A stretch of 37,721 nucleotides of DNA from a virus (taxonomy: Duplodnaviria; Caudoviricetes). A program made the position numbers and the translations under genes. Below, in pieces: positions 25,130 through 33,749 of this stretch. The stretch spans positions 1-37,721 of IMG/VR virus record IMGVR_UViG_3300005323_000071. One strand, given 5' to 3'. Under the pieces are notes generated by a model. That model did no database searches, had not been told where the DNA came from, and was given only the letters and a program-made list of their open reading frames with translations. Numbering within the stretch: position 1 is the first letter of the stretch; every line of letters begins with the position of its first letter.

Positions 25130-26163
25130 TGGCAATTACAAACGCAATATACGACGCAGTACCGTGCACGCAGGAGAATCTGGCCCGTATGTTTACGTCA
25201 TATCTTGGATCGGGGTACATCTCAGATTACGGAAGCGAACTCGAAATAGTGCCGGCCGATCCGGCAGGAATGAAAATTATCGTTTCTGACGGTAGAGCAC
25301 GTGTAAACGGGTATTGGTATATGGAAGACGATGAATATGAACTACCTATATCAGCAAATACCACCGGATCAACCCGATATGATCGCGTGATTTTGAGGCT
25401 TGAAGAAACAACGCCCGGGCAATTATCGCCGCGTATCCTCGAAGGTACTACCGGATCTGGTCTCCCGGCGCTCGCAGTTGACGGCACCGAGATATCTCTT
25501 GCATCGATCGCGGTCGCTCCGAGTGCATCAACTATAACCGCTGGAGTAATTACTGACGAACGCTCAGATTATGCACTGTGCGGAATTGCCGGAGTAAAAC
25601 CGTTTAAATTCTCGGAAACTGTCGTCAACGCAAATCTCCCCCTTGCGGGATTCAAGGCAGTAAATATTGGCACCCCTTCAGCAGCAGGAGATGCCACAAC
25701 CCTCACGTACTTCAATACGAAATTATCCGGGGGAAAATTCGGATCGGCTCCCACTATGATATTGCCTTGGATCGGTGCCGCGGCCCCTGCTGGCTGGCTG
25801 CTCTGTAACGGTCAATCATTATCAACATCTGCATACCCGGGTTTGTTCGCGCAAATGGGGTACGCGTTCGGAGGATCGGGGGGGTCGTTCAATCTCCCGA
25901 ATCCTGCTGGAAGAATGATGTTAGGCGCTACGTCATCGCTTGGGGTTACGTCCGGTGCAAATACCGTGACGCTTGATACGACAATGATCGCATCACACGC
26001 TCACCCAAAATGTGGTGCAGTTACAGTTCTCTCTCCAAGTTCAGGAGGAGGAACAGAAGCAATATCGGCGACTTCTGGAAACACCGCAAATACAGGCGGA
26101 GGAGGGGCGCATAACAACCTTCAGCCTTACATCACACTAACATGGATCGTATGGGGGTCCTGA
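25129..26163 (+). CDS. Tail fibre/baseplate protein 3 (paralog)
   Basis: TRYDRVILR; APAGWLLCNGQ...YPGLF..MG...FNLPN; SHAH; HNNLQP. Confidence 0.85.
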   Translation: MAITNAIYDAVPCTQENLARMFTSYLGSGYISDYGSELEIVPADPAGMKIIVSDGRARVNGYWYMEDDEYELPISANTTGSTRYDRVILRLEETTPGQLSPRILEGTTGSGLPALAVDGTEISLASIAVAPSASTITAGVITDERSDYALCGIAGVKPFKFSETVVNANLPLAGFKAVNIGTPSAAGDATTLTYFNTKLSGGKFGSAPTMILPWIGAAAPAGWLLCNGQSLSTSAYPGLFAQMGYAFGGSGGSFNLPNPAGRMMLGATSSLGVTSGANTVTLDTTMIASHAHPKCGAVTVLSPSSGGGTEAISATSGNTANTGGGGAHNNLQPYITLTWIVWGS

Positions 26164-26165
26164 TC

Positions 26166-27443
26166 ATGGTATTCGGATACACCTTATATTCACCAAATCC
26201 CGGGAGTCCGGCAGCGCACCTTGCAGCGCCAATCTCGGCTATTGATGTTACAATGACGTTGGATGACGCATCGGACCAGCTTTCAGCGCCAGGAGAATTT
26301 ACCATCGGAACCGGGGAGAACTCAGAGACGGTAATCTATACCTCGTTGGTTGGCAATGTTGTCTCTGGAATGTCCAGGGGGCAGGGAGGTACAACAGCGG
26401 CACCGTGGGGTCTTGGTACTGAGGTTAAGCGCGGATTTACGGCGTATGATATGTTCGCTATCCTGGAACGGCTCGTAAGCGTTGATTCTGATGGGGTGGC
26501 CGGGCCAGCGTCATCGGTTGACGGACATGCTGCGGTATTTGATGGGCCCGGGGGGCATATTATCAAGGACGGCGGAGCGTTGCCAGTTGTTGCGACATCG
26601 GTACCACTTGTTGACGGAACAGCGGCGATCGGCGCCTCCGGCAAGTGGGCCGATGGGGCACACGTTCACCCGACAAACGCCCTGCTTGCCACTAAGGTAG
26701 AGGTTGCCCTGAAGGCGCCGCTCGCTTCACCGGCTCTCATAGGCACACCCACTGCCCCAGAAGCGGCAGCGGGAACGGATACTGATCAGATCGCTACGTG
26801 CTCCTTTGTGCAAAACCTCATCTCATATATTGATTCCCTGACGTACAAAGGCGTGATTGACTGCTCCCCCAATCCCAATTACCCTGCCGCGGATGCCGGT
26901 GACGTGTATATCGTTTCCGCAGCCGGGAAGATCGGGGGAGCCAGCGGGAAGACAGTATCAATCGGGGATACCCTGTTGTGCAACCATGATGGTTCAGCGT
27001 CTGGGGATGAAGCGACCGTCGGGACGTACTGGAACGCGATCGCGTCAAACGTCTCGTTCGGGGTCTGGATGGCTTCAACCATCACCCCTACATGGTCAGA
27101 AGGTACGCCAGATCTCGCATCGCCCATTGTTGCCAGGCACGTCAGGAACGGCAACGTCGTAACCTTCGCAATGACATTCAACATCTCGGACGGGCACGAT
27201 GCGGTGCTGGATTCCATCTCTCTCCCGGTTGCCGCCACCCAGATCGCGGGGCATCAGGTGCCGCTCACGGCGTTCAAGATGTACACCGATGGCACTGGGG
27301 ATTCAACCTTATCGGATCCCCAAGCATACATTGATTACAATGAGGCAACGCCATTGATCAAGTTCCGTGCCGTTGGCGGAGGATATCCAGCGGATTGCTC
27401 AGCGGTCCTGAACATATCAGGAAGCTATGGAGATTTATCATGA
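26166..27443 (+). CDS. Tail fibre / receptor-binding protein
   Basis: RGQGGTTA..W N-domain; fibre repeat LKAPLASPALIGTPTAP......QIAT..FV; LTYKG..D segment; C-terminal beta head (RNGNVVT...SLPV...ISGSY). Confidence 0.82.
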   Translation: MVFGYTLYSPNPGSPAAHLAAPISAIDVTMTLDDASDQLSAPGEFTIGTGENSETVIYTSLVGNVVSGMSRGQGGTTAAPWGLGTEVKRGFTAYDMFAILERLVSVDSDGVAGPASSVDGHAAVFDGPGGHIIKDGGALPVVATSVPLVDGTAAIGASGKWADGAHVHPTNALLATKVEVALKAPLASPALIGTPTAPEAAAGTDTDQIATCSFVQNLISYIDSLTYKGVIDCSPNPNYPAADAGDVYIVSAAGKIGGASGKTVSIGDTLLCNHDGSASGDEATVGTYWNAIASNVSFGVWMASTITPTWSEGTPDLASPIVARHVRNGNVVTFAMTFNISDGHDAVLDSISLPVAATQIAGHQVPLTAFKMYTDGTGDSTLSDPQAYIDYNEATPLIKFRAVGGGYPADCSAVLNISGSYGDLS

Positions 27444-29053
27444 AACAGACTTACAAACTAATGATCGCGCTCCTCCTGCTCGGAGTGTGTATCGGGGCGG
27501 TTCAGGCGACGGAGTATTCGCGGATTATTCCGTTGATGACATCAAATACCGCCCCAACCGGTAATAGTTCCTATGTGAACAACATCACGGCGGCAGCGGA
27601 TGCTTATTTCTTATACGATGGATCAACGGCTACGGAACTGTTACTTTCTGCAATCTCCCCAACATTCCTGCCGATTATCACAGGCATCAATACCTCGTAT
27701 TATTCCATCGCTCACCGATACGCGATATATCCGTATCAGGCGGGAACCATATTTACCCCGCAGAGTTGGACGTTCGAGGGGTCTGTCGATAACATCAATT
27801 ATGACGTTCTCGACACTCATACCGACTATGGGGCGTGGGTTGGATCGCAGTACACGAATTTTACGATATCAAATACCGTCCCTTACAAATCATACCGGTT
27901 GGTAATTACCAAAATTGGTGTTGATAACCCGACATTTGACATCAAAGAAGTTGTGGTTTATGGCGAATACCTATCTCTCCCAGTGTCGTCATTTTCATCG
28001 ACAAATGTAACTCCGGTTACCAATTCAACAGGAAGTTCATGGGGCGGCGTTGGATCGGTGCAGATGCAGTTCAACGATACGTCAACCAACAGCCCGACAT
28101 CGTGGGCATGGGGAGTTAACGACGTTACCGGGAATAATACGTGGGTACCGTTAGGGACTACGAGAGACACCACTCCAACTTTCGGAGTTGGAAACTGGTC
28201 GATCAATCTTACGGCAACAAATGAGGTAGGTTCTGATATCAGCGATCAGATCACATTTGTAAACGTAAGCAGCTCACCCACACCAACAGTCTCATTTGCG
28301 GCAACCCCGACAACGGGAGTCAATCCCATGACCGTTGAGTTCAATGACACAACAACTTCGACAAGTGCGATCACATCCTATAATGTCTCGTTCGGTACGG
28401 GGGAGTGGTGGAACGAAACCACATTCCCTGGAACTAACATTACTCACGCCTACTCCACGTCAGGGAATTACACCGTCGATTGGTATGTCAGCAATGCAGA
28501 GGGCACCGGTACTGCGAGCACTACGATCACGGTATGGGGCGCTGTGCATTCTGCATTCTCGTTGTTCAATACAGACGGCACAGCCCCGCACACCACATAC
28601 CTCTACGACACCAGCACGAACCTGACACCCGGGCCGGTAACCTACCTCACTGATTTTGGAGAGGGGAATACCTCAACATTGGCAAATACGTACTTCACAT
28701 GGAACGCCACAGGAACCTATAACGTGACGCATACCGTGAGCAACGGGCTATCCTCCGAGACATCGTTTATGAATGTCACCGTGGGAACGCCAACGCCGCC
28801 GGTAGTTGCTCCGGTCGCATCGTTCTACGGCAGCCCTACCGCTGGCAACGTGCCGCTCACTGTGTCCTTCACGGACGTATCGAGCAACACCCCGACATCG
28901 TGGTTCTGGGAGTTCGGAGATGGGACCAACAGCACATTGCAGAACCCATCGCACCAATACAACCGTTCGGGATTCAAGACGGTGAACCTTACTGCGGCGA
29001 ACTCGGCAGGATCGAATATCACGGTGCGGCTGAAGTTTGTAAGAGTGAGTTAA
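27440..29053 (+). CDS. Secreted discoidin (F5/8C)-like + four PKD-like domain glycoprotein
   Basis: Signal peptide MKQTYKLMIALLLLGVCIGAVQA; PQSWTFEGS.D...YKSYRLVIT; PKD signature PVASF..SPT.G.VPLTVSFTD.S...PTSW.WEFGDG..ST.QNP.H.Y. Confidence 0.88.
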   Translation: MKQTYKLMIALLLLGVCIGAVQATEYSRIIPLMTSNTAPTGNSSYVNNITAAADAYFLYDGSTATELLLSAISPTFLPIITGINTSYYSIAHRYAIYPYQAGTIFTPQSWTFEGSVDNINYDVLDTHTDYGAWVGSQYTNFTISNTVPYKSYRLVITKIGVDNPTFDIKEVVVYGEYLSLPVSSFSSTNVTPVTNSTGSSWGGVGSVQMQFNDTSTNSPTSWAWGVNDVTGNNTWVPLGTTRDTTPTFGVGNWSINLTATNEVGSDISDQITFVNVSSSPTPTVSFAATPTTGVNPMTVEFNDTTTSTSAITSYNVSFGTGEWWNETTFPGTNITHAYSTSGNYTVDWYVSNAEGTGTASTTITVWGAVHSAFSLFNTDGTAPHTTYLYDTSTNLTPGPVTYLTDFGEGNTSTLANTYFTWNATGTYNVTHTVSNGLSSETSFMNVTVGTPTPPVVAPVASFYGSPTAGNVPLTVSFTDVSSNTPTSWFWEFGDGTNSTLQNPSHQYNRSGFKTVNLTAANSAGSNITVRLKFVRVS

Positions 29054-29069
29054 AAAAGTAATTTTTTTA
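29051..29069. terminator. Bidirectional terminator between convergent genes
   Basis: TAAAAAA-GTAA-TTTTTTTA gives a T tract on each strand. Confidence 0.65.
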
Positions 29070-29489
29070 TTCTGCCTGTGAAAAGTCCGGTGCCGGCATC
29101 TCGTTTTTCCCTTCGTGCACCATTGCCGCGTGTTGGACATATACCGGATACCGTGCATCAAACTCCTCAAATTTCGCGGTATAAACCATGCTGCCGTACA
29201 CATACCCGCCCGGTGCGTTCCACTCTCCATTAGGACCTGATGAGATCAGGCGTGCGTGGACAAACCGGTAATGCTGATTCCGGCAGAACCCATCGCGGCA
29301 CTCTCCTCCGATGCTTGAGACGATCACCACGCGATCCGATATCACGGAGTACTGGTTACCGGTGCCAGTATAGACGATATCCCCGGGGCTGTACTTGTGC
29401 TCTGCAACCGCTGCCGATCCCGTGCCCACTGCGAGCAATGCAACGATCAAGAAGACCGCTGCAACCAAAACCCTCATTCTGTTTTGCAT
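29067..29489 (-). CDS. Secreted/membrane-anchored hypothetical protein (only convincing minus-strand gene)
   Basis: Signal peptide MQNRMRVLVAAVFLIVALLAVGTGSAA; own upstream AT-rich promoter region. Confidence 0.75.
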   Translation of the reverse strand: MQNRMRVLVAAVFLIVALLAVGTGSAAVAEHKYSPGDIVYTGTGNQYSVISDRVVIVSSIGGECRDGFCRNQHYRFVHARLISSGPNGEWNAPGGYVYGSMVYTAKFEEFDARYPVYVQHAAMVHEGKNEMPAPDFSQAE

Positions 29490-29512
29490 GGTTACTTGAT
29501 TGGGCACGCCAC

Positions 29513-29560
29513 ATATATAATTGTTACTGTTAAAGCGCACTTTAAGTATACTTTATATAG
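29513..29560. promoter_or_regulatory. Divergent TATA promoters
   Basis: TTATATAT on the minus strand near 29513-29520; TTTAAGTA (29541) and TTTATATA (29552) on the plus strand, the latter 30 nt before ATG 29582. Confidence 0.6.
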
Positions 29561-29581
29561 TAATACAGCCTAAATATATGT

Positions 29582-29716
29582 ATGGCACAGAAGAAGTGTG
29601 ACTATCTCAAAGAGGATGCGAATCCGCCATGCACTGCCACAAAGGAACAATGCCCGAAGACCCGGTCAAAGTGCCGGCTCAGTATGCTCTGCTATAAGGT
29701 GCCGGTGAAATCATGA
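29582..29716 (+). CDS. Cys-rich microprotein (44 aa), paralog of 32200..32355
   Basis: Read manually: MAQKKCDYLKEDANPPCTATKEQCPKTRSKCRLSMLCYKVPVKS; coupled to ATG 29713. Confidence 0.65.
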   Translation: MAQKKCDYLKEDANPPCTATKEQCPKTRSKCRLSMLCYKVPVKS

Positions 29717-29910
29717 GCGATGCACAGATAGCCCCGGTCCAAGACAGCGAAGCGATGAACTCAGCGATCCTCGCATCGCACAACCCCCGCGAGGCCCTGA
29801 AGCGTATAGGGTATCTCGTGCAGGATGCCAAAGAGCATATCAGGAACGATGATACGAGCCAGGCGTTTGATTGCCTGAACCGGATCGGATGGTTGACGGG
29901 GGCGCTGTGA
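29713..29910 (+). CDS. Hypothetical protein
   Basis: GGTGA RBS, coupled. Confidence 0.65.
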   Translation: MSDAQIAPVQDSEAMNSAILASHNPREALKRIGYLVQDAKEHIRNDDTSQAFDCLNRIGWLTGAL

Positions 29911-30359
29911 TGGACGCACGAGCAGAGCAAAAAAGCCTTGCAGACTGCCCGCTGCCGCCAACCGTGATCATCAACCCGCTCACCCGCGTATGGGATAGTG
30001 ACAGGCAGATCGCACTATTGCAGGACCGGATCGCGGATCTCATGCAGAAGCGCACCGAGGCGTTGAACTACGCAATACAGGAACAGATCGCAGAGGATGA
30101 GAATTGTCGGCTGGATGTCAAAGCGGGCCGGATCGTCAGGGCGATCAATCCAGGGAAGTTCCGCGAGGCGTTCCCCGCAGAATATGAGATGATCAAGCAG
30201 ATCGAGATCCGGGATCTCAATGAGAAGATGCAGCACGCGGGGGAGAAGATCCCTCTCGGAGTGGCTGACAAGCTAATCAAGCCGGTGATCCTAAACGCTG
30301 CTCAGGGAGTGGTTGCAACAACGCAGGCGCCGGATACATACGAGGTTAAAAGGAAATGA
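29910..30359 (+). CDS. Coiled-coil protein of the recombination module
   Basis: Helical N-part and C-terminal ...TYEVK; loosely like Gam/Gp157-type proteins that precede phage recombinases (weak). Confidence 0.65.
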   Translation: MDARAEQKSLADCPLPPTVIINPLTRVWDSDRQIALLQDRIADLMQKRTEALNYAIQEQIAEDENCRLDVKAGRIVRAINPGKFREAFPAEYEMIKQIEIRDLNEKMQHAGEKIPLGVADKLIKPVILNAAQGVVATTQAPDTYEVKRK

Positions 30360-30577
30360 GTCTCATGGAAGAATGCGGGCCGGTGTGCTCTGATTACATC
30401 TGCCCCTTATGCGGTGCTGAATTTATGCTGGCGATCAAAGAGGGACCGAAGATCGATGATCCGACAACCGGATGCACTATCTCAAAAGTAGGCTGTCCGT
30501 TCTGCCACCACGAGATCGGCCACATTATGCCGTGGGGTAAAATCCCAACCGAAAGTGATGTAATGGGGGAACTATGA
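30356..30577 (+). CDS. Zn-ribbon protein (CPLCG...CPFC)
   Basis: Two CPxC motifs. Confidence 0.7.
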   Translation: MSLMEECGPVCSDYICPLCGAEFMLAIKEGPKIDDPTTGCTISKVGCPFCHHEIGHIMPWGKIPTESDVMGEL

Positions 30578-30795
30578 GCCGATCAGCAGACCACGCAGCA
30601 GAGGCATTGCAGGCAATACTTGCAGCGATCTCTACCAATGATCTGATCGGTGAACTGGTGAGCCGGGAGGGGGTTGCCGTGCACCGGGTGTTTTGCGGGG
30701 AGAGGTATCAGATCCAGAAGTGCAACAAATGCGGGACGCTCCCCCTTGAAAATCATACCGGCCCGGTCCGGATCATCACAGTGGACGGTGAATAA
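30574..30795 (+). CDS. Small hypothetical protein
   Basis: ISTNDLIGELVSREGV...GPVRIITV pattern with a CNKC insert. Confidence 0.65.
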   Translation: MSRSADHAAEALQAILAAISTNDLIGELVSREGVAVHRVFCGERYQIQKCNKCGTLPLENHTGPVRIITVDGE

Positions 30796-31718
30796 TGACG
30801 GAAGCGCCAACCAATCGCGGAGTATTGACGGACAAGGAAGGCACCGTGTTCAGGGGATGCCGGATCCTTGTCGATGGAGAGCAGGCAGACCGGGCATTCA
30901 CCGTGCTGGATTTCGTGCAGAAGTATCTCGACAACATCGAAAAGAAAAGCCGGGTGTGCTTCACCACGAAAGACGGGAAGATCTCAAAGATCTGGCCGGA
31001 GCCGGTGGTACCATCAGAAGCGCAGAAGGTGATCGATGCCGAGAACGCGGCGGGGGGTGCACGGAAAGCGGCAAACTCTGATTACCTCAAAAGCATTACC
31101 GGCACAAAGGGAAGCGTCACACCGGAATACCACGAGATCTCCCCCGAGCGGGAGCCGGAAGATGCACCGGTAATTACACCGGCGGTAATCGTGCCAACGA
31201 GTACTGTTGCACTCGCACCGAAGTATTCCAACGATGAAATGATCCTCCTCAGGAACGTTATCGCCAAAGACTGCACTGAGCCAGAGTTCAAGATGATGAT
31301 GTACATGGCGAAAACCTACGGACTGGACCCGCTCTTAAAACAGATCTGGGCGATTAAGCGCAACGAACGCGATCCGGCCCTGATCATGGTTGGGCGTGAC
31401 GGGATGCTGGCAATCGCGCATAGGTCAAAGCAGTTCGACGGGATGACCTCTGGCGTTAACTATGTGAAAGACAAAGAGGGGAGAGAGATCCCAGTTACCG
31501 CGTGGTGCGAGATCTGGCGGAAAGATATGGCTCACTCGTTCAAGACCGAAGTCCGTTTTGATGAGTATGTCCAGCCCATCCCGAAAAGCGGATATAAAGG
31601 ACTCTGGCAGACCAAACCCTCTGTAATGTTAATCAAAGTGGCAGAATCCGTTTGCCTGCGAAAAGCGTTCAGTGTGTCCGGAGTATACGACCCTGATGAA
31701 ATTATGGAGCGTGCATGA
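30795..31718 (+). CDS. bet: Bet/RecT-family single-strand annealing recombinase with N-terminal extension
   Basis: EF.MM...AKTYGLDPLLKQIWAIK, VGRDGMLAIAHRS.QFDG, AWCEIWRKD, V.FDEY, W..KPSVML.KVAES.CLRKAF..SGVYDPDEI. Confidence 0.92.
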   Translation: MTEAPTNRGVLTDKEGTVFRGCRILVDGEQADRAFTVLDFVQKYLDNIEKKSRVCFTTKDGKISKIWPEPVVPSEAQKVIDAENAAGGARKAANSDYLKSITGTKGSVTPEYHEISPEREPEDAPVITPAVIVPTSTVALAPKYSNDEMILLRNVIAKDCTEPEFKMMMYMAKTYGLDPLLKQIWAIKRNERDPALIMVGRDGMLAIAHRSKQFDGMTSGVNYVKDKEGREIPVTAWCEIWRKDMAHSFKTEVRFDEYVQPIPKSGYKGLWQTKPSVMLIKVAESVCLRKAFSVSGVYDPDEIMERA

Positions 31719-31864
31719 TGACCGTCTACCAGTGCTCCGTATGCGATCCCAATGATCCCTGCATCCTCCCGCGTGCCGGACAGCTTGCAGAATGCCCGGA
31801 CACATGCCCGTTGTCAAAGGATGGCAATATTCCTGTTTGGCGGGAACTCGTAATAGGTGAGTGA
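31715..31864 (+). CDS. Cys-rich microprotein (49 aa)
   Basis: Read manually: MMTVYQCSVCDPNDPCILP...CPDTCPL...; coupled at both ends. Confidence 0.55.
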   Translation: MMTVYQCSVCDPNDPCILPRAGQLAECPDTCPLSKDGNIPVWRELVIGE

Positions 31865-32085
31865 TGATGGCAGAGCATTTGCATTTGGGAAGGGTGAAGC
31901 CAGTTAAGATGTGGGCCATTGCTCGCATGAGCATTAGATCTCCGTGGATCTTGCCGGGCACAGTGAGGAAGACCCGCACAGAGGCGATAGACGCATTCAT
32001 TTTTGAGGGAATGTGGCAGGTTTGGGACGATGCTTACAAACGCGGTTTCAGAACCGTGAGAGTGACCGTGAATCAAGGGTGGTAA
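31864..32085 (+). CDS. Small hypothetical protein
   Basis: GGTGA RBS; TVRKTRTEAI...W....KRGFRTVRVTV. Confidence 0.6.
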   Translation: MMAEHLHLGRVKPVKMWAIARMSIRSPWILPGTVRKTRTEAIDAFIFEGMWQVWDDAYKRGFRTVRVTVNQGW

Positions 32086-32170
32086 GTGCGATGAACGATT
32101 GCGAACCGGAAACGGAGATCAACAATATCCTGTTTGATTATCTCTAAATCATAACTTATTTTAAGGTAGT

Positions 32171-32178
32171 TTTAAGTA
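32171..32178 (+). promoter_or_regulatory. TATA box (TTTAAGTA)
   Basis: AT-rich gap; 29 nt before ATG 32200; same TTTAAGTAT word as 29541. Confidence 0.55.
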
Positions 32179-32199
32179 TCTATAAGATAATATTACTGC

Positions 32200-32355
32200 A
32201 TGGCAAAAACTTGTAAATGCCCCGGTTTAAATTCAGACCGTGCCGGATCAAGGGTCTTTTGTGATTATGTATTCCAGGATCGTGAAACCTCACCGTGCCC
32301 AAAGCAGAGGCTAAAGTATAAAGTCAGTGCAACGTGCTGGAGGGTTCCGGTATGA
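32200..32355 (+). CDS. Cys-rich microprotein (51 aa), paralog of 29582..29716
   Basis: Read manually: MAKTCKCPGLNSDRAGSRVFCDYVFQDRETSPCPKQRLKYKVSATCWRVPV. Confidence 0.65.
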   Translation: MAKTCKCPGLNSDRAGSRVFCDYVFQDRETSPCPKQRLKYKVSATCWRVPV

Positions 32356-33230
32356 TCGGGGATCTCCGTATCATAGACTCACCAATCGGGCCGGTCGTGC
32401 CAGTCAACGATATCGCGGAAATGATGGGGTATACCAGACAGGGGTTATCGGGCCTCATCAGAAGCCATAAGGATACATTGTTACCTTCTACCCTATCCCT
32501 ATCACTCCATACAGCCGGGGGGAATCAGGAGACGCAATGTATCACGCGGGAGGGGTTGGACGATCTGTTCCTGTTTATGAAAACCCCAAAAGACCCGGCC
32601 AAACTTCCGGGATTCTTGGAAATGCGGAAAAGCATCCTCTCAAAATTTGAAGGGGGGAATCTGCAAATTACTGCGAACAACCATCCGGCCCTATCCGGCA
32701 TCCTCACAGAGTATGGCAGGCAGGCCCGGGTACTGGCTGACGAGTGGGGAGTTGATCTCCCCGTTGCTCAAAAGGTAGTGATGGCGACCGCCATTGATAA
32801 GTTCCCAGACCTTATGCCATACCGTGCCCTAGTTGGCCCGGCTGATATCCCAGATGACGCTCCGATGCTCCCCGCTCCTGCAAGCGGTCCGGCAGCCGAT
32901 CCTGATTACGAGCGGTACATCTCATTGCGGAAATTATCGCATTTCTGTGCATGTAGTGAACCGGACGCACGGAAGATCCTTGTCGATGAGGGGATAATCG
33001 GGTATCAGAACACTCACATGATGCTCACTAAATATGGTCATCGGTTCGCTAAGCTGTTCACGGTGACACCGGAAGCGCCGCACCGGATGTATGAGGAGAC
33101 CCGGATCCGGTATTCTCCCGATGCGGTGCAACTGGTCCGGGGAAAACTGGCATCGATCCAGATGGCGCTCGGTCAAAAGCGTGATCTTGCACCGGATCAG
33201 GTTATGCTGCCCCAGAAATCACAATATTAA
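32352..33230 (+). CDS. Antirepressor-like protein (BRO-N-like N-terminus, KilAC/ANT-like C-terminus)
   Basis: LRII...PVVPVNDIAEMMGY...TAGGNQET.CITREGL; C-terminal ISLRKLS......ARKILVDEGII. Confidence 0.72.
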   Translation: MIGDLRIIDSPIGPVVPVNDIAEMMGYTRQGLSGLIRSHKDTLLPSTLSLSLHTAGGNQETQCITREGLDDLFLFMKTPKDPAKLPGFLEMRKSILSKFEGGNLQITANNHPALSGILTEYGRQARVLADEWGVDLPVAQKVVMATAIDKFPDLMPYRALVGPADIPDDAPMLPAPASGPAADPDYERYISLRKLSHFCACSEPDARKILVDEGIIGYQNTHMMLTKYGHRFAKLFTVTPEAPHRMYEETRIRYSPDAVQLVRGKLASIQMALGQKRDLAPDQVMLPQKSQY

Positions 33231-33255
33231 TTCCCTCTTTTCAGACGGTAAAACA

Positions 33256-33293
33256 ACCATACGGAAGTATTAAATACTTATACACCGTATGGT
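33256..33293. promoter_or_regulatory. Promoter embedded in nested inverted repeats (operator candidate)
   Basis: ACCATACGG / CCGTATGGT flank AAGTATT-A-AATACTT, which contains TTAAATA. Confidence 0.65.
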
Positions 33294-33321
33294 ATTGTAT
33301 ACAAAGGATGTGAGGTAAAAA

Positions 33322-33522
33322 ATGCCACAGTATTTTAAAAAAGTGCCAAAGGAGATCAACGGTATCGCTGTCAAAAAAGAAAAGAATTGGACGATGGACA
33401 ACGGCGACAAAATGATTACCGTTCGACCGATTGATGAGGAAGATATGAACTTGTGGGAGTACCGTGTAAAAGATGGGTTGCTCCTGCATATGATTAATGG
33501 CGACGGAGACATCATCCATTAA
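33322..33522 (+). CDS. Small hypothetical protein
   Basis: GAGGT RBS; first gene after the promoter. Confidence 0.7.
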   Translation: MPQYFKKVPKEINGIAVKKEKNWTMDNGDKMITVRPIDEEDMNLWEYRVKDGLLLHMINGDGDIIH

Positions 33523-33536
33523 TTTTTGGTGACACC

Positions 33537-33749
33537 ATGAAAAACAAATCATATTCTGTTGTAGGTGACAAGAAGCAGGGGCACCGGATCGCGGTGTCTG
33601 AATCAATCCACCCAAAGGCAGGGGATCGATACGATTTCAACTTTATCAAAGAAGACATGGCGTGGTTCAAACTACCCCGCGGTACGCTCGTGTTCGTTCC
33701 AGCGCCACGTCCTACCAGCAAGCGCGAGAAAAAGGGCGTGAGCGGATGA
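33537..33749 (+). CDS. Small beta protein, possibly AbrB/SpoVT-like regulator
   Basis: GGTGA RBS; GHRIAVS....KAGD.Y.F pattern (weak). Confidence 0.6.
   Translation: MKNKSYSVVGDKKQGHRIAVSESIHPKAGDRYDFNFIKEDMAWFKLPRGTLVFVPAPRPTSKREKKGVSG

Noticed and set aside
22989-27443. Diversity-generating retroelement acting on the fibre genes
   Set aside because: No reverse transcriptase and no near-identical TR/VR pair with adenine-specific differences seen.
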